A DNA stretch of 26,803 nucleotides from the NCBI GenBank assembly GCA_044378705.1, contig JBIPOY010000001.1, forward strand, positions 1 through 26,803. The letters are read 5' to 3'. How positions within the stretch are numbered: position 1 is the first letter of the stretch; every line of letters begins with the position of its first letter. Position numbers and translations under genes: made by a program. Source of the stretch: Saprospiraceae bacterium (GTDB lineage: Bacteria > Bacteroidota > Bacteroidia > Chitinophagales > Saprospiraceae). Positions 7,439 to 14,846 of this stretch are shown piece after piece. The notes beneath the pieces are model-generated. The model did not search any database, was not told the DNA's origin, and saw only the letters and a list, made by a program, of their open reading frames with translations.

Positions 7439-8002
7439 TTAACAATCAGTAACGCTGCGGTGGTTTTGACCAAGCGACATAAACTTGGCAAACTCGAGTA
7501 AGGAATCAAACGCAAAATCAACTTTTACGGTAGACAATAGGTCTAGCTCTTCTATTTTTCCGCGTATCAACACTGTATGGAGACCAAGCCGGTTGGCAAA
7601 TTCGATGTCGGACATAGAATCACCCACCATCCATGCATTTTCAAAATCTATTTCCGGAAAATCTTCCAAAGCTTGCCAAGCCATTCCTGTTGCCGGTTTA
7701 CGACAAGGACACCCGTTCTCGCGGGTGTGTGGGCAGTAATAAATGCGATCAATTCGCCCACCGGCATCGTTGGCAATCCGCATCATTTTTTGATGTATGT
7801 CGGCCAATTGCATGGTACCCATCAGACCTTTACCCAATCCTTGTTGGTTTGTAACCACAAGGATTGGGTCAAAGATGATTGAAAGAAGTTGTAACGCTTC
7901 TCCTAAGCCATGCAACGGAACAAATTCCTCCGGTGATTTTACATATTCACCCGGTGTTCGCCGGTTAATGACTCCATCACGGTCCAGAAAAAGGGTAGGC
8001 AT
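7439..8002 (-). CDS. gmhB: HAD-IIIA phosphatase, D,D-heptose 1,7-bisphosphate phosphatase (GmhB) / histidinol-phosphatase family
   Basis: LFLDRDGVIN motif I, VVTNQ, YYCPH...CPCRKP zinc motif, WMVGDSMSDI; substrate specificity not provable from sequence. Confidence 0.75.
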   Translation of the reverse strand: MPTLFLDRDGVINRRTPGEYVKSPEEFVPLHGLGEALQLLSIIFDPILVVTNQQGLGKGLMGTMQLADIHQKMMRIANDAGGRIDRIYYCPHTRENGCPCRKPATGMAWQALEDFPEIDFENAWMVGDSMSDIEFANRLGLHTVLIRGKIEELDLLSTVKVDFAFDSLLEFAKFMSLGQNHRSVTDC

Positions 8003-8013
8003 ATAGCAACAAC

Positions 8014-9243
8014 TTAGCCGAAGGCATTAAAACCTGTCACGTCGTGCCCTGTTATGAGCAAGTGAATGTCGTGTGTACCTTCATACGTCAACACTGTTTC
8101 CAGGTTCATCATGTGGCGCATAATAGGGTACTCATTGGTAATGCCCATTCCACCGTGGATTTGTCGGGCTTCACGGGCAACTGTCAAGGCCATGTGAACG
8201 TTGTTGCGTTTGGCCATACTCACTTGAGCGGAAGTTACTTTACCCTCATTGGCCAAAGTACCGAGCCTCCATGCCAGCAATTGGGATTTGGTAATTTCTG
8301 TGATCATTTCAGCCAATTTTTTTTGTGTCAACTGAAATGCGCCAATGGGTTTGCCAAATTGTTCCCGCTCTTGCGAGTAGCGAAGGGCGGAGTCATAACA
8401 ATCCAATGCCGCACCGATGGCACCCCAAGCAATACCATAACGAGCTTTGGTCAGGCAGGTTAAAGGGCCTTTGAGACCAATAACACCGGGAAGGATGTTT
8501 TTCTTGGGGACACGAACATCTTCAAAAACCAATTCACCGGTGATACTGGCCCGGAGGCTCCACTTGCCATGAATTTCAGGGGCAGAAAACCCTTTCATAC
8601 CTTTTTCAACAATCATCCCCAGTATTTTTCCTTCCTCATTTTTGGCCCATACAACAGCGATGTCTGCCACAGGAGAATTGGTAATCCACATTTTAGATCC
8701 GTTGAGGATGTAGCAATCGCCATCGTCTTTCACATTGGTAAGCATTCCGCTGGGGTTGGAGCCGGCATCGGGTTCTGTAAGGCCAAAACAACCGATCATT
8801 TCACCACTGGCAAGTTTTGGAAGGTAATGCTTACGGTGTTCTTCGGAGCCGAACTTATAAATCGGGTACATAACCAAGGAACCTTGTACAGATGCCATGG
8901 ACCGGATGCCAGAGTCACCCCGTTCTAGCTCTTGCATGATAATTCCGTAGGCAATTTCATCCATGCCTCCGCATCCATATTCTGCAGGAAGAGACGGACC
9001 AAATGCCCCAATCTCAGCCAAGCCCTTGAACAAGTGGGTGGGGCATTGGGCCCTGTTGGAGTAGTCTTCAATAATAGGACTAACTTCTGATTTAACCCAT
9101 TGGCGCACGGCATCGCGTGCCAACAGATGTTCTGATGAAAGCAAGTCATCAACGCCATAGTAATCATGGTGCTGGAAGCGGTCTTCGCGAGCACTGCGTT
9201 TTGCTTGCTGCTGGGCGATGGTTTCTGTGCCGTTCGATTGCAT
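8014..9243 (-). CDS. gcdH: Acyl-CoA dehydrogenase, glutaryl-CoA dehydrogenase subfamily
   Basis: ELERGDSGIRSMASVQGSLVMYPI, GCFGLTEPDAGSNP, NGSKMWITNSP, SLRASITGEL and MNLETVLTYEGTHDIH motifs; -7 box TAATTTTG on the minus strand at 9296-9289. Confidence 0.85.
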   Translation of the reverse strand: MQSNGTETIAQQQAKRSAREDRFQHHDYYGVDDLLSSEHLLARDAVRQWVKSEVSPIIEDYSNRAQCPTHLFKGLAEIGAFGPSLPAEYGCGGMDEIAYGIIMQELERGDSGIRSMASVQGSLVMYPIYKFGSEEHRKHYLPKLASGEMIGCFGLTEPDAGSNPSGMLTNVKDDGDCYILNGSKMWITNSPVADIAVVWAKNEEGKILGMIVEKGMKGFSAPEIHGKWSLRASITGELVFEDVRVPKKNILPGVIGLKGPLTCLTKARYGIAWGAIGAALDCYDSALRYSQEREQFGKPIGAFQLTQKKLAEMITEITKSQLLAWRLGTLANEGKVTSAQVSMAKRNNVHMALTVAREARQIHGGMGITNEYPIMRHMMNLETVLTYEGTHDIHLLITGHDVTGFNAFG

Positions 9244-9408
9244 GTTAATATCGAATAATGGTTAGGTATAAGATGGAATAAACTTAGGCAAAATTAAAGA
9301 AAGTTTGTATTCAGCCGATTGTATTTTATTGAAAAAAGCATTTTAGACAAAATATTATTTCAAAAACAAAGCTAAACATATAAAAAAACAAAGATGGTTT
9401 GGTATTGT

Positions 9409-9747
9409 TCACCATTCCCAACCTTCTAGGTCATCTAGTGGTTGTGTTTTAATATTTTTTTTGGTATTGATTCGTTGTTTTTGGCGTTCAACCACCAACC
9501 TTGCCAGTCCAATATTGGCTGGCTCTGGCGCATCCGGTCGCATGACGGGTCTTATTTTCTCCTCCAACACGTCTAGGCGATAGAGTAGGCTCATCAATTG
9601 TTCGGGTTGATGTTCCAGCATTTCACCTATTTTTTCAGCGAGTATAAGAATCAATTCTTCTTCCTGCACAACAGATGTTGTGTCCGGGAGATTGAAGTGG
9701 CCGGTTACCAGCGACACTGTTTGTTGAATCAATGGATCTTTGTTCAT
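9409..9747 (-). CDS. Hypothetical protein (112 aa)
   Basis: Open frame with protein-like content (LMSLLYRLDVLEEKI, ARLVVERQKQRI); ATG at 9747 preferred over the track start at 9771 because a TACCTTTG -7 box (minus strand, 9764-9757) lies between them. Confidence 0.8.
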   Translation of the reverse strand: MNKDPLIQQTVSLVTGHFNLPDTTSVVQEEELILILAEKIGEMLEHQPEQLMSLLYRLDVLEEKIRPVMRPDAPEPANIGLARLVVERQKQRINTKKNIKTQPLDDLEGWEW

Positions 9748-9878
9748 ATTGATTGTCAAAGGTAGGGGCAATTAGAAGATTGTTCGCGGTTGCTCCGTAC
9801 TTTTGCTTGGCAATAATTGAATTAGTACTTTTGGGGTGCGCAAACAGTTGGCTTCCCTTGGGTTGCTGTTCGATAAAA

Positions 9879-9955
9879 GTAACTACTTAAGTGGTTGCTT
9901 CTGGGACACAAAATAGGCCTTTTGGGGCCAGACAGCGCGCCATCTCTGTTGTTAC
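9879..9955 (+). repeat. Dispersed ~77-bp hairpin repeat, copy 5
   Basis: gtaactacttaagtggttgcttctgggacacaaaataggccttttggggccagacagcgcgccatctctgttgttac. Confidence 0.85.
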
Positions 9956-9993
9956 ATATTACGTTAATCTTATTCATGAACGGTTCCCTGTGA

Positions 9994-10001
9994 TAAATTT
10001 G
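9994..10001 (+). promoter_or_regulatory. -7 promoter box for the lpxC/fabZ-lpxA-ABC operon
   Basis: TAAATTTG, 33 nt before the ATG at 10035. Confidence 0.55.
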
Positions 10002-10034
10002 CCGGAAGCCACTACATCTTTAACATCCACCTAG

Positions 10035-11462
10035 ATGAAACAATCTACCATACAAAAATCGGTTTCTGTACATGGTGTGGGCCTACATACGGGAAAGAAC
10101 GTACGGCTTACATTCAAGCCCGCCGAGGCAAACCATGGCTTTCGCTTTCAACGTGTGGATCTTCCGGATCAACCTGTTATACCGGCGGATGTAAAATTGG
10201 TTATTTCGACCAACAGGGGTACTACGATCAAATTGGGTGATGCGCAGGTGTCAACGGTGGAGCACGTTCTTTCAGCCCTTACCGGGTTAGGGGTTGACAA
10301 CGTCTTATTGGAAATAGACGGCCCTGAAATGCCCATCATGGATGGAACCTCCATGCCGTTTGTATTGGCCCTTCAGGAAGCCGGCATTGTGTTTTTGGAT
10401 GCAGCCCGAGAGTATTACGAAGTTACAGAGCCCATTTCTTATAAAGATGAGGTTACGGGTACTGAAATACTGGCGTTGCCCTCTGATCACTTTGAAGCCA
10501 CCGTTATGATTGACTTTAAGTCAACTGTTTTGGGGCATCAATTTGCCTCGTTGAGCAATATTGCTGACTATGTGCAGGAAATAGCGCCTTGCAGGACATT
10601 TGTTTTCGTCCATGAATTGGAGAAGTTATTAGACATGGGCCTGATAAAGGGTGGAGACATGGAAAACGCTATTGTGATTGCAGATCGAACAATGGCGCAA
10701 GAGGATCTCGATCATCTGGCGAAAAAACTGGGAAAGCCAGGTATAAAAGTTGATGCTGAAGGTGTGCTCAATACGGTTAAGCTACATTTTCAGAATGAGC
10801 CAGCCAGACATAAGCTACTGGATATTATTGGCGATTTGGCGCTGATTGGAAGGCCCATTCGTGGTAAAATAGTGGCTACGAAACCCGGCCATACTGCCAA
10901 TATCGAGTTTGCCAAAATTCTAAAAAAGTCGATGCTGGAAAAACGCCGTATGCTTGGAATCCCCAAGTATGATCCGGAAAAAGAACCGGTGATGGACATC
11001 AATGCGGTGATGCAGTTATTACCCCATCGTTATCCATTTTTATTGGTCGACAAGATTATTGAAATCAGCGCTACGCATGTTGTTGGCATAAAAAATGTCA
11101 CCATGAACGAAGGTTTTTTTCAGGGGCACTTCCCATCCAACCCTGTGTTTCCGGGTGTCTTACAAATTGAGGCCTTGGCACAAACCGGTGGAATACTGGC
11201 CTTGAACAACGTACCCGATAAAGGAAACTGGGATACATATTTTCTTAAAATTGACAATACTAAGTTTAAAGCGAAGGTAATGCCTGGCGATACCCTCATC
11301 CTGAAAATGGAACTCATTGATCCTATACGGAGGGGGATTGTTCACATGCAAGGCACCGCCTACGTAGGCAGTAAAATTGTTTCTGAGGGCGAACTGACCG
11401 CTCAGGTGGTACGCCGCACGAAAGAAACACCCGATAACTCATGTACAACACCAAATGAGTAG
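10035..11462 (+). CDS. lpxC: Bifunctional UDP-3-O-acyl-GlcNAc deacetylase / 3-hydroxyacyl-ACP dehydratase (LpxC-FabZ fusion)
   Basis: LpxC motifs GVGLHTG, STVEHVLSAL, NEPARHKLLDIIGDL and GH; FabZ motifs LPHRYPFLLVDKI and FFQGHFP.NPVFPGVLQIEALAQ. Confidence 0.97.
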   Translation: MKQSTIQKSVSVHGVGLHTGKNVRLTFKPAEANHGFRFQRVDLPDQPVIPADVKLVISTNRGTTIKLGDAQVSTVEHVLSALTGLGVDNVLLEIDGPEMPIMDGTSMPFVLALQEAGIVFLDAAREYYEVTEPISYKDEVTGTEILALPSDHFEATVMIDFKSTVLGHQFASLSNIADYVQEIAPCRTFVFVHELEKLLDMGLIKGGDMENAIVIADRTMAQEDLDHLAKKLGKPGIKVDAEGVLNTVKLHFQNEPARHKLLDIIGDLALIGRPIRGKIVATKPGHTANIEFAKILKKSMLEKRRMLGIPKYDPEKEPVMDINAVMQLLPHRYPFLLVDKIIEISATHVVGIKNVTMNEGFFQGHFPSNPVFPGVLQIEALAQTGGILALNNVPDKGNWDTYFLKIDNTKFKAKVMPGDTLILKMELIDPIRRGIVHMQGTAYVGSKIVSEGELTAQVVRRTKETPDNSCTTPNE

Positions 11463-11539
11463 TGTATTCCAAAACCATCGTTGCGATCACCACAATAACC
11501 TCAACCGTGTTTACCGCAACGAAGCAACAACTCATTGCA

Positions 11540-12337
11540 ATGAAATATTCTAACGGCTTACGAGACATACACCCCAAGGCTCAAATTGGCCAAAACGTAA
11601 CGATTGGTTCTTTTACTACGATAGAAGAAGATGTTGTTATCGGCGATGGCTGCCAGATTGGATCAAATGTTCATATTTTTAATGGCGCACGTATCGGGCA
11701 GGATTGCAAGATTTTCCCAAGCGCCTCTATTAGTGCACCACCTCAGACCAGACAAATACTCGAAGAGGCCGCAATCCTTGAAATTGGTAGCGGTACAGTT
11801 ATTCGGGAGTGTTGCACCCTCAATCGCGGAAATCTTAAGTTTGGTGGCAATACCATTATTGGAGAAAACTGCCTGTTAATGGCCTATGTACACGTAGCGC
11901 ACGACTGTGTAATTGGCCATGATTCTGTTTTGGCAAACAATGTTACGTTGGCCGGCCACATCAACGTGGGAAAATGGGCCACGCTAGGGGGTATGGTTGC
12001 TGTTCACCAATTTGTACGTATCGGCGAACAAACCATGATTGGCGGCGGCTCTCTGGTCAGAAAGGACGTCCCTCCGTTTGTAACTGCAGCGAGAGAGCCT
12101 TTATCATACGCGGGTATCAATACCTTGGGACTCAAACGTCGCGGGTTTGAAAAAGACGAAATGCACCATATTGAAGACATTTACAGAATTCTTTTTGTAC
12201 AAGGTTACAGTATAAACAAGGCGATAAAAATAATTGAGCAAGACCTTCCTCCAACCATTTATCGACAACAAATAACCAGTTTTATTCAAGGTGCAAAACG
12301 CGGATTGATGAAAGGCTTCCGCTCAAAAAACGCATGA
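11540..12337 (+). CDS. lpxA: Acyl-ACP--UDP-N-acetylglucosamine O-acyltransferase
   Basis: Hexapeptide left-handed beta-helix repeats; MAYVHVAHDC, LAGH, VHQF and KDVPP motifs; ATG at 11540 (MKYSNGLRDIHPKA) fits LpxA length better than the track start at 11462. Confidence 0.93.
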   Translation: MKYSNGLRDIHPKAQIGQNVTIGSFTTIEEDVVIGDGCQIGSNVHIFNGARIGQDCKIFPSASISAPPQTRQILEEAAILEIGSGTVIRECCTLNRGNLKFGGNTIIGENCLLMAYVHVAHDCVIGHDSVLANNVTLAGHINVGKWATLGGMVAVHQFVRIGEQTMIGGGSLVRKDVPPFVTAAREPLSYAGINTLGLKRRGFEKDEMHHIEDIYRILFVQGYSINKAIKIIEQDLPPTIYRQQITSFIQGAKRGLMKGFRSKNA

Positions 12338-12954
12338 ACATTACGCTAAAGAATATTGGCAAACGATATCGTCTCGATTGGGTTTTCAAGGGCATTGATT
12401 TCAACTTTGAACAACGGGGGCGATACGCAATTGTTGGCTCAAACGGTTCCGGAAAATCTACACTTCTAAAAGTCCTTTCCGGGCACCTTAGTCCTTCAAA
12501 AGGTAGTATTACTTTTAGCCATTTTGATAAAATTATTTCGGAAGATCATATTTATCAACAGGTGAGTTATGCCGCTCCATACATCGACCTCATAGAAGAA
12601 CTCACATTGGAGGAGGCCATCGGGTTTCATCAAAACATAAAACCCCTAATTTCCGGTATTACGGCGGTTAAATTGCTGGATATACTTGCTCTTCCCAAGG
12701 CTCAAAGAAAAGAGATCAGACATTTCTCTTCCGGCATGAAACAACGGGTGAAACTAGCCCTTGCCATTTGCTCCGATACGCCCATACTTCTCCTTGATGA
12801 ACCCTCCACCAACCTTGACCAACAAGGGATCGAATGGTACAAAGCCCTCGTAAAAGAGTTTTCTGCCAATAGACTCACCATCATTGCTTCCAATGATCCG
12901 CACGATATTTCTTTTTGTCAATCGCAATTGAATATATTGGATTATAAAAAATAG
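12334..12954 (+). CDS. Stand-alone ABC ATP-binding protein
   Basis: Walker A GSNGSGKST, signature FSSGMKQR, Walker B LLLDEP; overlaps the lpxA stop (ATGA). Confidence 0.92.
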   Translation: MNITLKNIGKRYRLDWVFKGIDFNFEQRGRYAIVGSNGSGKSTLLKVLSGHLSPSKGSITFSHFDKIISEDHIYQQVSYAAPYIDLIEELTLEEAIGFHQNIKPLISGITAVKLLDILALPKAQRKEIRHFSSGMKQRVKLALAICSDTPILLLDEPSTNLDQQGIEWYKALVKEFSANRLTIIASNDPHDISFCQSQLNILDYKK

Positions 12955-12969
12955 CCCAACTTCTTCCAC

Positions 12970-13035
12970 TGAGTGTTTACGAGAAACCCGTTATTGTTCC
13001 ACGTGGAACAATAACGGGTTTCTCGTAAACACTCA
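12970..13035. repeat. Perfect 66-bp palindrome with no loop, centred on parS
   Basis: tgagtgtttacgagaaacccgttattgttccac|gtggaacaataacgggtttctcgtaaacactca; all 33 pairs checked. Confidence 0.95.
12995..13010. promoter_or_regulatory. parS: parS centromere-like ParB binding site
   Basis: TGTTCCACGTGGAACA is a perfectly symmetric match to the widespread chromosomal parS consensus. Confidence 0.85.
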
Positions 13036-13140
13036 TATACCTGTTATGCTTTCATGATTGCCTTCGCGGTAGGCTCCAAGACAAAAAAATAGGTGCGCGA
13101 CTGAATTGTTCAATACCCTGCCAGTATCGTTCGGATATTC

Positions 13141-14766
13141 CTACAGGCGCGTAATGATAACCACAACCCTTCGGTTTAACGCACGCAGTGCGTCGGTAGA
13201 GTTGTCATTCAATGGCGACTTGGGGCCTTTCCCCAACACAGAAATACGCCCATCCGAAATTCCTCTTTTTACCAAAAATGATTTTATTGCCTCCGCCCGC
13301 GACTCCGACAAACGAATCAGGTCTTCTTCCTTTCCCTGATTGTCGGTGTATCCCACAATTTGAATGGCAATAGACGGGTTTTTTGCGAGGGTCAAAAACA
13401 AATGATCCAATGATGAAAATGAACTTTCTAAAATCGTTGCGGTGGATTGTTTAAAAAATATTGGCTGAAGCTCAATTTTAGTATCTACAAGGAGCGGGTC
13501 AAGGTATAGATCGATGTATTGTTCCCTAAAATAATAGTAATCCCTCCTATATAATAATTGCTCCACCTCACCGGCAAAACCAGGAAAATTTGCGACCATT
13601 TCAACCCCAACCCCTTTGGGGATTTTAAGGTGAAACAAACCATCCGTCGTGGTAAATTGATTGTTTTCTCCGTTCGCCATTGCATAATACACATTGGCAC
13701 TTGGTATTAAGGCATGGGTATTGCGGTTGATCACACGCCCAAAGACCTCTATTTCTGTTGCTTGAGGCGGTGCAATTCTTACCCGATATATATCACTGTT
13801 CCCACCCCGTTTAGAAGCAAAATATAAAAATCCTGATGTCATATTAAAATACGGCTGACTGTCGTCATACAGAGAATTAATTGGATCCCGTGCTGGGGTA
13901 GGGGCCGACCAATGGGTCCAAGTACTGTCTAAACGTTGCGATATAAATATGTCGTTCCCACCAATACTCTCTTCCCTGTTGGAAGAAAAATAGAGGGTGG
14001 TATTGTCCTCTGAAAGAAATGGCGTTGTCTCTCTACGAGCCGAGTTTATGGAAAAGCCCATGTGTCGGGGAGCACTCCACTGATGATCACCTTCCCGAAA
14101 ACATACGTATAGATCCATGTCTTTGGAATCAAATCGAACCGCAGACAGAATGAGAATTGACCCATCAAAACTCATGGTAAGACTTACATCAGACGTGATG
14201 GTATAGTAGTCTTTAATTTCAATCGGAGTGGGAAAGCTCCAAACAATACTATCCGCCACACGCAGAACCCGGGAAAAACCCTTCGTCATATCGCCGTTTG
14301 GAAGAAATTGATTCAGTACATAAAAAGCATTGGGATCTGGGGTTATCGTTACCAAACTGTTGGGCAACGCATTGTTCAGTGGATAACCAGGGTGCTGCAC
14401 TGCGGTGAACCCAATAGAGTCGCCAGACGCTATCCAAATATCTTGGTTGAAAGCAGATGCCTCAGGATTATTAATGCTCGTGCCGGCAATCTGAGAATAT
14501 ACCGTTCCCAGTATGGCTCTGTATTGTTCCGGAGTGTGCTTTAACGCCATATCAACACTGTCAATAAACAAGGTGCGATCAAAAATCGGATGTCCAACCC
14601 GCGTAAAATACAAGGTGCGGCCATCTCTACTCGTAACCGGCGTAATCTCCGGTTGAGTAGAATTGATAAAAGGTGGCAGTTTTTCTAAGGTAAAATATTC
14701 CTGTGAAACACCCGTAGGCGCCCAAAGAAGTAACAGCACCGCAAATAAAAACAATTGATTATTCAT
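13141..14766 (-). CDS. OmpA-family peptidoglycan-binding protein with PD40 (WD40-like) beta-propeller repeats, PorE-like architecture
   Basis: Sec signal peptide; PD40-like repeats (INSARRETTPFLSEDNTTLYFSSNR, INSLYDDSQP...LYFASKRGGNSDIY); C-terminal OmpA-like domain IQIVGYTDNQG...LSESRAEAI...NRRV. Confidence 0.9.
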   Translation of the reverse strand: MNNQLFLFAVLLLLWAPTGVSQEYFTLEKLPPFINSTQPEITPVTSRDGRTLYFTRVGHPIFDRTLFIDSVDMALKHTPEQYRAILGTVYSQIAGTSINNPEASAFNQDIWIASGDSIGFTAVQHPGYPLNNALPNSLVTITPDPNAFYVLNQFLPNGDMTKGFSRVLRVADSIVWSFPTPIEIKDYYTITSDVSLTMSFDGSILILSAVRFDSKDMDLYVCFREGDHQWSAPRHMGFSINSARRETTPFLSEDNTTLYFSSNREESIGGNDIFISQRLDSTWTHWSAPTPARDPINSLYDDSQPYFNMTSGFLYFASKRGGNSDIYRVRIAPPQATEIEVFGRVINRNTHALIPSANVYYAMANGENNQFTTTDGLFHLKIPKGVGVEMVANFPGFAGEVEQLLYRRDYYYFREQYIDLYLDPLLVDTKIELQPIFFKQSTATILESSFSSLDHLFLTLAKNPSIAIQIVGYTDNQGKEEDLIRLSESRAEAIKSFLVKRGISDGRISVLGKGPKSPLNDNSTDALRALNRRVVVIITRL

Positions 14767-14846
14767 GGGTACAAAAGTAAAAAGCTTGCGCGTGTTAAAC
14801 TTGATATTATATTAATTCAAGACTACAAGTGCTTTACCTTAGCGGT

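Noticed and set aside
9768-9868. Possible decayed repeat copy just upstream of copy 5 (ttgttcgcgg ... ttttggggtgcgcaaacag)
   Set aside because: Halves are too far apart and too diverged to support by eye
3559-9955. The repeated ~77-bp elements as a CRISPR array
   Set aside because: Copies are dispersed singly between genes, diverged, and not separated by regular spacers; no cas genes are present
11462-11539. ORF-track N-terminal extension of lpxA from GTG 11462
   Set aside because: The extension is Thr-rich and unlike LpxA; homology begins after ATG 11540
12970-13035. Palindrome as the hairpin end of a linear replicon or a fold-back assembly join
   Set aside because: The mirror symmetry stops after 33 bp and unique intact genes continue on both sides; a fold-back would mirror much longer sequence
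13055-13105. Possible seventh repeat copy (..ccaagacaaaaaaatagg..)
   Set aside because: Only the central A-rich part matches, with no GTAAC/GTTAC ends or right half; needs a covariance model to judge
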